This document shows, one piece after another, positions 28,779 to 38,932 of a DNA stretch of 50,175 nt. The notes beneath the pieces are model-generated. The model saw nothing but the letters and a program-made list of their open reading frames with translations, was not told the origin of the DNA and did no database searches. This stretch comes from Oligoflexales bacterium. Lineage in GTDB: Bacteria; Bdellovibrionota_B; Oligoflexia; Oligoflexales; CAIYRB01. The stretch covers positions 1 through 50,175 of the forward strand of contig JBGSUI010000131.1 of NCBI GenBank assembly GCA_041736175.1. The letters run 5' to 3'. Both the position numbers and the translations under genes were made by a program. Every line of letters starts with the position of its first letter. The first letter of the stretch is position 1.

Positions 28779-29858
28779 ATGTTTTTCAACAAATCACTTA
28801 TAGCCCTCGATATCGGCACCTCTTCCGTCAAACTCATCGAACTCGGTGGAGTCGGCGTCAAGGGCCTTAGGTCCATGGGCCTCGAGCTTTTGCCTCCCCG
28901 GGCCGTGGTGGACGGTATGATCACAAACAGGGACGCGGTGGTTTCGGCCATTAGAACTCTCCTTAAGAAACTTAAGATCAATCCCCTCAATCGGCGGGTG
29001 TCCCTGAGCCTTTCGGGGAGTTCCGTGCTCGTTAAAAAAATCGTGATGAACATCCAAAAAGACACTGATCTCAACGAGCAGGTCTTTAGCGAAGCCGAGC
29101 AGCATTTCCAAATAGACATGGCTGATATTTATTTTGATTTTTTTGGACTTGACCTTCCGGACGGTCTAGGACAAGAAAACGAAAAAACCGTGATCTTGGT
29201 CGGTGCTAAACGGGAAATGATTGAAAACCTGATCGGAGCGGTCCGGGAAAGTGGGCTGCGGACCGGTGTCGTGGAGTGTTCGGTGTTTTCGGCCTCTAAT
29301 ATGTTCGAATATAATTACGGCGTCTTTGAAGGTCTCAGCGTCCTTCTGGATATTGGGGCATCCACTACAAAACTATCCCTGATCATCAATGGACTTTTTG
29401 TCGACACGCGAGAACTTCCCATCGCAGGCGAGGAGTATACCCGGCGTATTATGGAAGGCATGGGAGTCGACCGTAGCAATGCGGAAACCCTCAAAATTGC
29501 CGCAAGCCAAGGAGAAGCCAATAGTCCTCCGGAACTCCCTCGCATCATAGGCGAGACCAACGAAATGATGGTCCAGGATGTACGCACCTCCCTCGACTAC
29601 TTTATCCAGGGTGGAGATCCCCTAGCACGGATTGCCAATCTCAGTCAGATTTATCTCACTGGGGGAGGAGCCCGTATCCTAGGACTCGATGCGGGACTTG
29701 CCGCTACCTTGCAGGTCCCTGTTCAAATCTTAAATCCTTTTCAAAAAATCGATATCAACCCTAAAACTTTTCAAATGGACTACGTCCTGATGCAAGGCCA
29801 CCTCTACGGCATCGCCGTGGGGTTAGGTCTGCGCCAAATGAGTGACAACGCTGCATGA
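28779..29858 (+). CDS. pilM: Type IV pilus assembly protein PilM
   Basis: ALDIGTSSVKLIEL, LDIGA, LTGGGA actin-like motifs; start moved to ATG 28779. Confidence 0.93.
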   Translation: MFFNKSLIALDIGTSSVKLIELGGVGVKGLRSMGLELLPPRAVVDGMITNRDAVVSAIRTLLKKLKINPLNRRVSLSLSGSSVLVKKIVMNIQKDTDLNEQVFSEAEQHFQIDMADIYFDFFGLDLPDGLGQENEKTVILVGAKREMIENLIGAVRESGLRTGVVECSVFSASNMFEYNYGVFEGLSVLLDIGASTTKLSLIINGLFVDTRELPIAGEEYTRRIMEGMGVDRSNAETLKIAASQGEANSPPELPRIIGETNEMMVQDVRTSLDYFIQGGDPLARIANLSQIYLTGGGARILGLDAGLAATLQVPVQILNPFQKIDINPKTFQMDYVLMQGHLYGIAVGLGLRQMSDNAA

Positions 29859-30583
29859 TTAAAATCAACCTTTGTCCCATCGACGAACTTGAAACACCTT
29901 ACTGGTACCTACCAGATGTAATCATCCTCGTGCTCGTATGTCTTATGAGTTACTATGGGGTCGATTTTTATTTTGCCTCGATCCAAGAGGAAATCAATGG
30001 TGCCCAAGAAAAAATAGCCAGTCTCCAAGCCTCCACAAACCAATTAGCTCCAGATTTAGAGCGGTTTAAATCCCTTGACAACGACGTCAAAAGCCTTAGC
30101 GACAAACTCAAGTCTCTGCAAAGGATCACCGTATCCAAAATGGAAAAATTTACGCCTATCATCGCCATAGAACATATCCAAAATCTAAAGCCCCAAGGTC
30201 TTTGGTATACTGAGTTTTCGATGAAAAACGCTAAATCCGTCGAGTTTTCCTTAAAAGGGATTGCCTTTGACAACCTTATGACAGCCGAACTGCTGACTTC
30301 GATGCGGGCCACGGCCTTTAACGAAATCGACCCAACTGACCTTAGATCTCAAGTTTTTTTTGACGGGCTGAGCCTTGTCGAATCAATCATCACCACTCCG
30401 CCACCCACAACCCCCGAACAAGCCGCCGAGCAGTTACTAACTGTTCCCCCGTCTAGTTTTGATATCAAAGGGATCATCAGAGAACGCGCCGTGCCAGTCA
30501 GTCAAACGCCACAACAACCGGCTCTTTCCATCCAAACCCAAGCCGACACCCTACGCTACGCACGCCGTGACACCCCCCCTTGA
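29855..30583 (+). CDS. pilN: Type IV pilus assembly protein PilN
   Basis: MIKINLCP (INLLP-like PilM-binding motif), TM, coiled coil, P.GLW...LKGIA; ATGA overlap with pilM. Confidence 0.85.
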   Translation: MIKINLCPIDELETPYWYLPDVIILVLVCLMSYYGVDFYFASIQEEINGAQEKIASLQASTNQLAPDLERFKSLDNDVKSLSDKLKSLQRITVSKMEKFTPIIAIEHIQNLKPQGLWYTEFSMKNAKSVEFSLKGIAFDNLMTAELLTSMRATAFNEIDPTDLRSQVFFDGLSLVESIITTPPPTTPEQAAEQLLTVPPSSFDIKGIIRERAVPVSQTPQQPALSIQTQADTLRYARRDTPP

Positions 30584-30593
30584 GGACTGCCCT

Positions 30594-31913
30594 ATGGTCA
30601 CTTTTTCCAAAAACCACTCCTTTCCTAGCATCCTTGCTAGGGCCTTAGCTATTATATTTTCGTTTAGAGGTCTCCTTGGGTTTGCCCAATCGGACAGCCA
30701 AGATTCTCCTGCTCCTCCTCAAGCTCCTCCTCCTCCCGCGGAACTCAGTCTTGACGAGCCCCCAACCGAGGGGGTTTTCCCTCCCCCAGACCAAGCTCCC
30801 CCAAAAAAAGCGAGCTCTCCAAAAGCAGCAAAGGGCCAGTCCAAAAATCTGAAACCTAAAACAACTCCTCCCGACAAGACCATCCCACCGACTGGGGATG
30901 TTATGCCGGATACCAACCCCATAGACAAAGCCGACGAATCCGACGCGACCGTGGCCTCTCCTGAAACATGGGAGTCCTTCCGTGAGAGTGATCTGACTCC
31001 CTCAATCGAAGATATCAGTAAGGGAATTAAGATAGAAGATATTGTCGAACCGCCTTCTGAATACCACTATGCAGCCTTTGGCAAACCGGATCCCTTTAAG
31101 CCGGTGACGCGCCGCATTAAACAAAATAATGCTTTAGTAGAGGCCGCCACCGAAAGTGTTGAGGTCCCTATTTTAAGCACCCTCCAGCTGGTCGACCTCA
31201 GGACTGTGATGGTCCTTGGGATCTGGCAAGGGGCTGAGGGAATGAGAAAAGCGATGGTGACTGCCAATTCTCCTGCCGTGAGAAATCAGTCTTTTGTCGT
31301 AAAATCTGGAGATCCCATCGGCAACCGTGGCGGCGTCATCCAGTCTATCGAATTCGATCATATCAAGGTCAACGAGTTTGAAATCCTCAGAGACGGAACC
31401 CGCCAAGTTAACAAGCGCGAGCTTCCCTTCTACCTCTCCGTCAAAATCCCTCCCGAAAACCTGGGGAGTTGGATCTTTAATCCTGGGACTCCTACACCGG
31501 TCCAAAAGACTCCTCCCACGGCAAACGGATCCGCCGGCACGCAGGGTGGCGGTGGTCCAGGAGCAACGAATGCTAATGGTGGAGACGCTGGAAACGGGGG
31601 AAATGGCGGCGGGGCCCGAGGTAATGACAACTTTTTAGCTCCTGGCATTCCCCAATCTATGTTTCAAAACCCTACAATCTTCAGGGGTCCAGGAGTTCCT
31701 ACTCAAGGCTCTGCTCCCCTTGGCGGGACGTCCCTGCCATCAGGTGCCCAACCAGCGATCCAGGGAGGTGGACCACCCACCGCACCACCCTCAGCCTACA
31801 ATCCTAACGCGGGAAAAACCCCGGCAACCCCACCGCCAGCATCACCAGCCCAGCCTGCTCCTAACAATACGACCAGTCCCCCGACCGACGATCGCAAGAT
31901 CAAGGCCTTTTGA
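30594..31913 (+). CDS. pilP: PilP-like protein with long Pro/Gly-rich extensions
   Basis: YHY..GKPDPFKP, LQLVDL..VLGIW, KAMV, VVKSGDPIGNRGGVI..I; start moved to ATG 30594 (GAGGA RBS). Confidence 0.78.
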   Translation: MVTFSKNHSFPSILARALAIIFSFRGLLGFAQSDSQDSPAPPQAPPPPAELSLDEPPTEGVFPPPDQAPPKKASSPKAAKGQSKNLKPKTTPPDKTIPPTGDVMPDTNPIDKADESDATVASPETWESFRESDLTPSIEDISKGIKIEDIVEPPSEYHYAAFGKPDPFKPVTRRIKQNNALVEAATESVEVPILSTLQLVDLRTVMVLGIWQGAEGMRKAMVTANSPAVRNQSFVVKSGDPIGNRGGVIQSIEFDHIKVNEFEILRDGTRQVNKRELPFYLSVKIPPENLGSWIFNPGTPTPVQKTPPTANGSAGTQGGGGPGATNANGGDAGNGGNGGGARGNDNFLAPGIPQSMFQNPTIFRGPGVPTQGSAPLGGTSLPSGAQPAIQGGGPPTAPPSAYNPNAGKTPATPPPASPAQPAPNNTTSPPTDDRKIKAF

Positions 31914-31962
31914 ACGACGGGCGAGTCCCTAAAGACAGCTTCCCAAACCCCACGAGGTTTCT

Positions 31963-34900
31963 ATGAAAAAACAGCACCAAATACCGACTTCGAGATCGAT
32001 TCCGGTCCTGATGATAGGAATGATACCAGTCCTGGTGCTCCATCCTCTCCTCTGGTCTTGCGCCAATCTCGGACCTTTGACGGAGGCCCCCGCGGATTCC
32101 TATGATAACGACCCCAATGACCTCAGTGCGACGCAGGAAGAAAAACAAAGCTTAAAATCCACTAGTGACAGTAAAAATCCAAAAAACCAGAAAAATTCTA
32201 AAAATGAGGGAAATCAAGCCGCCGACAATCTGTCCCTCGGCGACGACTCCGACCAACCCACAGAACCCGAAGCTAAACCAGAAAACTTTGAACTCGCTCC
32301 CATCGCCAATAGCCCCATCAATGGACCAGGCAACGGGCAATCTCTCCCTGCAGAGCCCCCCCTCGACGCGGCCCCTGCTGGAGACCTCGCTCCACCACCA
32401 CCTCCAGCAAACCCCCTTAACGCCAACCTATCTGCTCCTCCAGCTCCCCCTCCACCTGCTGTTTCTCCCCCCCCAGTCGTTGCAGTGCCCACCCCAGCAC
32501 CCCCCCCACCTCCCTCGGGTACGGTAACCAATGCTTTTACGATCGCCGACGTCGATCCCGCGACGGCAACCCTCCACTGGGTCGGATATCATTATCAACC
32601 CACAGCGAGCCTCGTGCGTATCGAGATGGTTACAAAAGGTCACCCTCGGTACGATCTCTTCCAAGAAAAAAACAAGGCCCAACAACCAGAAATCATCGTC
32701 AGGTTTTTAAATACCTCCTTACGCCCCAAAATCCGGCGAGACATCGACGCCAGTGAGTTTACCTCACCTGTCGCCTACGTCCGGATGCGTCCAGCTCCCG
32801 AACAACAACATGTTGACGTGGTGATCACACTCAGGGACCAGGTCAAGCCAAAGCTGTTTGCCAAAAACGGCAATGTGATGCTCACCTTCGCCATCCCAGA
32901 CCATTATTTTGGCCCCTCTGCCATCGGCGACTCCCCTATTGCCAGAGCATCATTTCTCCCTGGAAAAGACCTTTTTCCAGAGATCGATCCCGGTAGCGAT
33001 GCTCCCCAAAGCTATATCGTCGAAAAACAAGTTCCAATTGACCCTGGAACCGAAGCTTTCCAAGGTGTCCCTGAAACAGCAGCAACCCCCGTGGACCCGG
33101 CTCCTGTGCCACAAACGACAGCCCTCGACCAGGAAGGACTTCCCCCAAGTTTTGATTCACCTCCTGCAAATATAGCGCCGCCCACCAATACGGCTGCCCC
33201 CGTGGCCAATAATCTAGCCCCTTCCGGCAACACCTTTAATGGAGAAACATCTCCCACCAATAGTGGCAACAACACTGCCAACCCCAATTTTAACAACGCA
33301 AACGGCGATGGAAATGCCGGAGGAAATACCGGTGGAAATACGGGTTCTAACAACTTCGAAACCAATGATACAGGCGAAACGGGCGATGGAAATGGAGACG
33401 AAGAAGAAGCCCCCCTCGACGACGACTCAATTAAAGACTTTGACGACGGCGAAGGCAACGGTGGGGACACCATCGACAAGTTTGACGTGAGACGAAAAGT
33501 TTCTCCCACGGTTTGGGCCGGCGTCCCCCTTAAGATCACACCATGGTCAGCCATGGCGGTGGCTCAAGAAAGCTTTGGTGCCAATCTGAATCAAGGCAGT
33601 GGTGCTGCAACCGATGGTGGCGGTGATTTTGGTGAAGGCGGAGACGCAGGCTTTACCGATCCTCCCGCCAATAGCGGTCAGGCAAACCCAGCGGCTAATG
33701 CTGCGCCCTTTCCCAATTCTAACGTGGCTCCCAATGCTGCTCCCAATGCTGCTCCAAATGTATCTACAAATTTAGCTCCAAATGTATCCACAAATGCAGC
33801 TCCTAATGCAGCCGCAAACATTGTACCTGCCGTCGCGCCTCCGCAAAACTTCAGCCCACCGCCTCAAGCAGAACCTCCCCTCGGTGGCAGTCCTGACCTT
33901 ACGGGCCAAGAACAGGTGGGCGCAGAATCAGCGAGCCCGCCCCTGGGCTCCGGTGGGGGTAAACCAATCAAGATGGATTTTCGCGGAGCCCCACTCTCCG
34001 AAGTGATGCGAGTTTTGACCGAAGAAAGCGGGATTAACTTTGTGTTACCCCTCGATGTGGGCACCAGGATGGTCAATGTTTCTCTAAACAATGTTCCTTT
34101 TAATGACGCCCTTAAAGCCATCCTCGACAGCCAAAGCCTTGGGATGGTCACCCTAGCCCCCCAATTGGTGCGTGTCGACTCTGCAGACAACATAACCAGA
34201 GCTGCGGAAGAAGCGGAAAAACGCCGCAAAGCCGAAATGAAATTAGCACCGACCAAAATCTTGGTCTACCGCCTCAACTACTCCAAGGCTCCCGATGCTG
34301 CCAGGGTTCTCGGCGAAATGCTCGCAGCCCCCGCGCTAGAGGATCCTCGTATCAAAGTCCAGACCGACGACCGCAGCAATTCGGTCATCGTCAACGCTCC
34401 CGTGACTGAGCTCAACATGATTAAAGCCCTGCTCCAACGAATCGACCTGGAAACCCCCCAGGTCAAGATCTCGTCGCGCATCGTCGAGGTGTTTAAGTCT
34501 GCCGCCGACTCCCTGGGGATCACCTGGGGTGGACCTTTTAATCTCGACCAAGGCCGTGGGTTAGGATTTGGCAACCTAGTCTTCCCTAATTCAGTACTTT
34601 CGAGATATTCCGTCGACAATGGTGGTCTTACGGATAAATCCCTAAACTTTAAATCCCGAATAGGGAGCATCAACAACAGCATGGCTTTTGACCTGGCACT
34701 TTCTATGGAAGAATCCATGGGGACTGGCGAAGTCTTGCAGTCCGGCAATATCATCGTTGAGGACAACCAACGGGCGGAGATCGTTGCTGGACAAAGCGAC
34801 TTTTTTAGGGTCACCCTGGCCAACGGGGCGGGAGACCTGCGGGAAGTCCAATACAACCTGACCATGACGGTCACCCCACACATCACGGCAGATGGAGCAG

Positions 34901-35454
34901 TCCAGATGAACATCACGATTGCGAGCGACACTCCCCGAGCGAGTTCTGGAGGTGACGCTGTGGCTGCTCGAAACAATCGAACCATCACCACCACACTCCT
35001 CAGGCGCAGCGGAGAAACCGCCGTTATCGGTGGCATCTACAACACCACCCATAATAAAGCTGTTTCCGGTGTCCCTTTCCTAAGCCGACTCCCGATCGTT
35101 GGAGCTTTGTTTAGGAGTACCTCAGAAAACGACGAAAAGCGAGAGCTCCTGGTCATGGTCACACCAACCGTGGTCAATATCGGCAAAAACTCCCAGGGTG
35201 GTGGCATTGCCACGGCTGCAGGATCGAATGAGTTCAGCGGGAATTCATCGGCGGAAACCAACGCACCGGTAAACTCTGGTCTCAACAACAATGCTTCCGG
35301 TAACGTAAATGGTGGATCCGGAGAAGCAGGGTTTACCAACGCGAATTTTGGCCAAAGCAATGACAACCAAGGCAACACCAACCAGTCCAATGGTGGAAAC
35401 CAAGGATCTAATAATTCCGAACCCCAAAACCAAGGCAATACTGATGAAGAATAA
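31963..35454 (+). CDS. pilQ: Type IV pilus secretin PilQ with long low-complexity regions
   Basis: MDFRGAPL N0 domain, LNYSKA/DDRSNSVIV N3 domain, PQVKI, VTPHIT, GETAVIGG, VPFLSRLPIVGALF, ELLVMVTP. Confidence 0.92.
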   Translation: MKKQHQIPTSRSIPVLMIGMIPVLVLHPLLWSCANLGPLTEAPADSYDNDPNDLSATQEEKQSLKSTSDSKNPKNQKNSKNEGNQAADNLSLGDDSDQPTEPEAKPENFELAPIANSPINGPGNGQSLPAEPPLDAAPAGDLAPPPPPANPLNANLSAPPAPPPPAVSPPPVVAVPTPAPPPPPSGTVTNAFTIADVDPATATLHWVGYHYQPTASLVRIEMVTKGHPRYDLFQEKNKAQQPEIIVRFLNTSLRPKIRRDIDASEFTSPVAYVRMRPAPEQQHVDVVITLRDQVKPKLFAKNGNVMLTFAIPDHYFGPSAIGDSPIARASFLPGKDLFPEIDPGSDAPQSYIVEKQVPIDPGTEAFQGVPETAATPVDPAPVPQTTALDQEGLPPSFDSPPANIAPPTNTAAPVANNLAPSGNTFNGETSPTNSGNNTANPNFNNANGDGNAGGNTGGNTGSNNFETNDTGETGDGNGDEEEAPLDDDSIKDFDDGEGNGGDTIDKFDVRRKVSPTVWAGVPLKITPWSAMAVAQESFGANLNQGSGAATDGGGDFGEGGDAGFTDPPANSGQANPAANAAPFPNSNVAPNAAPNAAPNVSTNLAPNVSTNAAPNAAANIVPAVAPPQNFSPPPQAEPPLGGSPDLTGQEQVGAESASPPLGSGGGKPIKMDFRGAPLSEVMRVLTEESGINFVLPLDVGTRMVNVSLNNVPFNDALKAILDSQSLGMVTLAPQLVRVDSADNITRAAEEAEKRRKAEMKLAPTKILVYRLNYSKAPDAARVLGEMLAAPALEDPRIKVQTDDRSNSVIVNAPVTELNMIKALLQRIDLETPQVKISSRIVEVFKSAADSLGITWGGPFNLDQGRGLGFGNLVFPNSVLSRYSVDNGGLTDKSLNFKSRIGSINNSMAFDLALSMEESMGTGEVLQSGNIIVEDNQRAEIVAGQSDFFRVTLANGAGDLREVQYNLTMTVTPHITADGAVQMNITIASDTPRASSGGDAVAARNNRTITTTLLRRSGETAVIGGIYNTTHNKAVSGVPFLSRLPIVGALFRSTSENDEKRELLVMVTPTVVNIGKNSQGGGIATAAGSNEFSGNSSAETNAPVNSGLNNNASGNVNGGSGEAGFTNANFGQSNDNQGNTNQSNGGNQGSNNSEPQNQGNTDEE
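33721..33819 (+). repeat. Imperfect 12-bp tandem repeats encoding N-x-A-P/NVST units within pilQ
   Basis: NVAPNAAPNAAPNVSTNLAPNVSTNAAPNAAAN. Confidence 0.8.
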
Positions 35455-36142
35455 GCTGAATGACAGGAAAGCTATCTTGTTTTTGTGGGCCCTTGTCGTC
35501 GCCGCAGGCTGCGCTGCATCTCCCGAAAGCGCCTCGCCAGGGACCTGTACCTTAAACTGTTCGAAAACAAGAGTGGGAGCCGTAGAATATGGCGTTAGAC
35601 GGCTTTTTCCTGATAAAAGAATCACACTTCCCTGTTCCCTGCAAGGGGCTCAAAACGGGATCTCACCCCACAACGGTCCGGTCCAGGTGCGGTATCTTAT
35701 CTACGAAAACGTACCTCCGTTTACCACTCTACCGGAGCCCGACGATGCTGCCGGAGGAGCGGGAGGTGGGGCTGGTGGAGGTGGAGCCGCTGGAGGAGGA
35801 ACCGCCGGAGGAGGCGTTGCGGGGGGAGTCAGGATGCTCCAAACAGCCCCTCTCGCGGCCATCGTCCCTAAACCTGGGATCGGATTTGAGCCCGTGCTGT
35901 TTGGGTCTGTCTCGGTAGAAAAAACCAACGCCGAATTTAAATCGAGTCCCACCGAGGCTACCCCCTTTAAATTCGCTGGGGTCGTCACTCCGAGTTCGGA
36001 ATGGTGTTCGGACAGTTGTGGTGTCGCCACTTTTGAATTCTGGCCCAACTGTATTACGGGAGGTCAAACCATCCAATCGGGGATCTTTATTCAAAACACT
36101 CCCGTGGAAGAATCCTATGAGTTCGAACTCACTCCCTATTAG
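35444..36142 (+). CDS. Cys-rich lipoprotein overlapping the pilQ stop codon
   Basis: Start moved to ATG 35444; lipobox VAAGC; Gly/Ala insert; six further Cys. Confidence 0.72.
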   Translation: MKNKLNDRKAILFLWALVVAAGCAASPESASPGTCTLNCSKTRVGAVEYGVRRLFPDKRITLPCSLQGAQNGISPHNGPVQVRYLIYENVPPFTTLPEPDDAAGGAGGGAGGGGAAGGGTAGGGVAGGVRMLQTAPLAAIVPKPGIGFEPVLFGSVSVEKTNAEFKSSPTEATPFKFAGVVTPSSEWCSDSCGVATFEFWPNCITGGQTIQSGIFIQNTPVEESYEFELTPY

Positions 36143-36338
36143 CACGAGTCACGAAACAGGTCACCAAAATGACCCAAGGCTTTTGTCCCGGCACAAAAAA
36201 CCGCTGGCGTTCACCGCTAGACGATACCACAAACCATACAAACGTTTTTCTCACTATGCCAATCCGCTGCTCCTGGTATAGGATAGCTAGGTATTTGCGA
36301 ATAAATCTCTTAGATCAGTCCCATGCAGGAAGAATCCT

Positions 36339-37349
36339 ATGCTTGAGTCTTGGCTTAGAATTTTACAAGAACTCCCCCTTAGCAAAAGCGAGAAAGAGCT
36401 CGCCACCCGGTTTGCCGCTGATCCCGAGGGCCGAGGCTTTTTAACGATCGCCGAAGTCCTTAAAACCCACCAAGCCCATGACGAATGCCTCGAACTCCTC
36501 ACGGAGGGGTTAGGTCGTCATCCGGATTACAGCGTCGCAAGGGTCGTCTTAGGGCGCGAACTCTATAACCGGGGTTTAGTCCAAGAATGCCTTAAAACCC
36601 TTGAAGAAGCCCCTAAACCCCTTAAAGACAACCTCCTCGCACAAAAGCTGCGATTTAAAGCCCTCCTCTACCTCAATCGTTCAGACGCTGCTCGCGGGGT
36701 CGTGATCCAGCTTAAAGCCGCAGCCCACATCGACGAAGAGACGAAAGACCTCATCAGATCTTTTGAAACTCTGGGCATCGGAATCGTGCGTGACCAGCTT
36801 ATCAAAGAGTTTGCCGCTAAAGGTCTCCATCTCGATGGGGTAGAGACTCCTTTGGACCATCCTTCACAAGAACCCAGCGAAATCCGTCAACCCGAAATCC
36901 AGCCCCAAACAGCTCGTCCCTCCCCCCTAAGCCCGGACAAAGAAAACCTTGTGTCCCCCTATTTTAGCGCCGAAGAGGTTCTAGAGGATCCTAATATCCT
37001 CGGATTTCAGGTGATGCCCCTTTATGAAATCTTTCATCCTGATCAGTCTAGCAGCGTCGTTGCTAACGTCACTCCCCACCAGCTTGACTCGGCCACGCTC
37101 GCCGATATTTATACCAAACAGGGCCACTTCACCAAAGCCCTAGAGGTCTACAAACGGCTCTTGCGTGTGACTCCGGGACATGATCTTATCAAGCGCAGGA
37201 TCGCCGAACTCATCCGCTTGGAACAGGCACAAAAATCCCAGGACCTAACCATCGATCCGGAACTGGTGGATCGCATGGAGGCTTTGACCATCATCGACAA
37301 AAAGGTAGAGTTTTTGGAAGGTCTGATTCAAAAAATCGACCATAGGTAG
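36339..37349 (+). CDS. Tetratricopeptide repeat protein
   Basis: FLTIAE...GLGRHPDY..ARVVLGR and TLADIYTKQGHFTKALEVYKRLL TPR-like helices. Confidence 0.8.
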   Translation: MLESWLRILQELPLSKSEKELATRFAADPEGRGFLTIAEVLKTHQAHDECLELLTEGLGRHPDYSVARVVLGRELYNRGLVQECLKTLEEAPKPLKDNLLAQKLRFKALLYLNRSDAARGVVIQLKAAAHIDEETKDLIRSFETLGIGIVRDQLIKEFAAKGLHLDGVETPLDHPSQEPSEIRQPEIQPQTARPSPLSPDKENLVSPYFSAEEVLEDPNILGFQVMPLYEIFHPDQSSSVVANVTPHQLDSATLADIYTKQGHFTKALEVYKRLLRVTPGHDLIKRRIAELIRLEQAQKSQDLTIDPELVDRMEALTIIDKKVEFLEGLIQKIDHR

Positions 37350-37361
37350 GAGAAAAGTTTT

Positions 37362-37820
37362 TTGACAAAACCCAAAATCCTGATTGCCCATGGGCCAAAT
37401 CTCGACCTCCTCGGCACTAGAGAGCCCGCTGTATACGGTCACGCAACTCTTGCGACCATCAATGACAAGATCCTTAAATTTGCACCCCAGATCGCCCAGA
37501 TCATTGGTGCCCCAGTCCCCGATCTCGAATTTTTTCAAACCAATGCCGAGCACGCTTTGCTCGACAAGATATCTCTGGGCTACGACGGAATCCTTATCAA
37601 TCCCGGAGCCTGGACTCACACGTCCTTGGCCCTTGCTGACCGACTGCGAGGACTTGCCGTCCCCTATGTGGAGGTTCATCTGTCCAACACTGCTAATCGT
37701 GAGGCCATCCGTCACGTTTCCCACACGGCCCCCTATGCCGCGGGGGTCGTGTTTGGTTTGGGCGGGGACTCCTATATCACAGGACTGTTTGGTTTGTTGC
37801 TGCGACTTAAAAACACTTAA
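37362..37820 (+). CDS. aroQ: Type II 3-dehydroquinate dehydratase
   Basis: HGPNLDLLGTREPAVYG, INPGAWTHTS, EVHLSN; TTG start with AGGAG RBS. Confidence 0.96.
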   Translation: MTKPKILIAHGPNLDLLGTREPAVYGHATLATINDKILKFAPQIAQIIGAPVPDLEFFQTNAEHALLDKISLGYDGILINPGAWTHTSLALADRLRGLAVPYVEVHLSNTANREAIRHVSHTAPYAAGVVFGLGGDSYITGLFGLLLRLKNT

Positions 37821-37834
37821 AATTTGGGTTTACC

Positions 37835-38932
37835 ATGACATTGAATCGCCGTGAGGGGTTGTTAAAGCTGTTGGCGTGGGCCTTCGTTTTTCAAAACAAG
37901 ACGGGCGTCGCTGCAGGCGACCCCCTCCAGTCAAAAAAATCATCTCTAAAATCATCTACCGACCCGGTCTCGGTGATCACCTTCGGCTCCTGTGCCAAAC
38001 AGGACCGTCCCCACACCCTTTGGCCTGAGATCAGTAAGGTTCGTCCTGACCTGTTTTTGATGATCGGTGACAATATCTATGCCGATACATCAGACCCAAA
38101 AGTCTTTGATGAAAAATACCAGCAGCTCGCTGCAATCCCCAGCTTTAAAAGCTTTCGGGAAAACCATAGGATCCTCGCGACCTGGGACGACCACGACTAC
38201 GGCCTTAACGATGGAGGCGAAGAATTTGCCGCCAAGGAGATCGCCAAAAAAGCTTTTGTTGACTTTTGGGATATCCCAGCAACCTCCCCCATCCATTCCC
38301 AGCCTGGGATCTACCAAAGCGAGATTTTTGGCCCCCTGGGGCGACAGGTCCAGATCATCCTCTTGGATACGCGCTTTTTTCGAGGTCCGTTGAAAAAGGG
38401 AGTCAGGGGATATGTCCCCAATCCAGACCCTACCAGCTCGATGCTTGGAGATACCCAGTGGGCATGGCTTGAGTCTGAACTTAAAAAGCCTGCGGATCTC
38501 AGAGTCCTTGTGTCGAGCATCCAGGTGATTGCCGAAGAGCATCCTTACGAAAAATGGGCCAATCTCCCCCTCCAACGCCAAAAACTATTAGATCTGATCG
38601 CCAAAACCAACGCTTCAGGTGTCGTCATGATCAGCGGCGATCGACACCACGGGGAGATCTCCAAGCTCCCTAAACAGATTTCTGGGAGCTATGATCTCTA
38701 TGACTTGACGTCCAGTGGTATGACCGAAAAGGGCCGTGGATTTCGCGACGAAAAAAACCAGTGGCGTGTAAGCTCGCCCCAAGCTTTTATGGGCAACCAA
38801 TTTGGCGAGATCAGCATCAACTGGGACGCCAAACCGTCCCCAACCGTTGAGTTGATCTTGCGGGATGAAAAGCGAGAAAGCATCGCCGCCGTAAAGTTCA
38901 AACTCAGTGAGTTAGGGAGCCGTCACCCGTAA
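37835..38932 (+). CDS. phoD: Alkaline phosphatase D family protein with Tat-like signal
   Basis: NRREGLL; FGSC, GDNIYAD, WDDHDY, LDTR, SGDRH. Confidence 0.9.
   Translation: MTLNRREGLLKLLAWAFVFQNKTGVAAGDPLQSKKSSLKSSTDPVSVITFGSCAKQDRPHTLWPEISKVRPDLFLMIGDNIYADTSDPKVFDEKYQQLAAIPSFKSFRENHRILATWDDHDYGLNDGGEEFAAKEIAKKAFVDFWDIPATSPIHSQPGIYQSEIFGPLGRQVQIILLDTRFFRGPLKKGVRGYVPNPDPTSSMLGDTQWAWLESELKKPADLRVLVSSIQVIAEEHPYEKWANLPLQRQKLLDLIAKTNASGVVMISGDRHHGEISKLPKQISGSYDLYDLTSSGMTEKGRGFRDEKNQWRVSSPQAFMGNQFGEISINWDAKPSPTVELILRDEKRESIAAVKFKLSELGSRHP

Noticed and set aside
33012..36145. Long antisense ORFs opposite pilQ and the following lipoprotein gene
   Set aside because: Explained by low-complexity coding sequence on the plus strand; the same applies to most overlapping ORFs in the track
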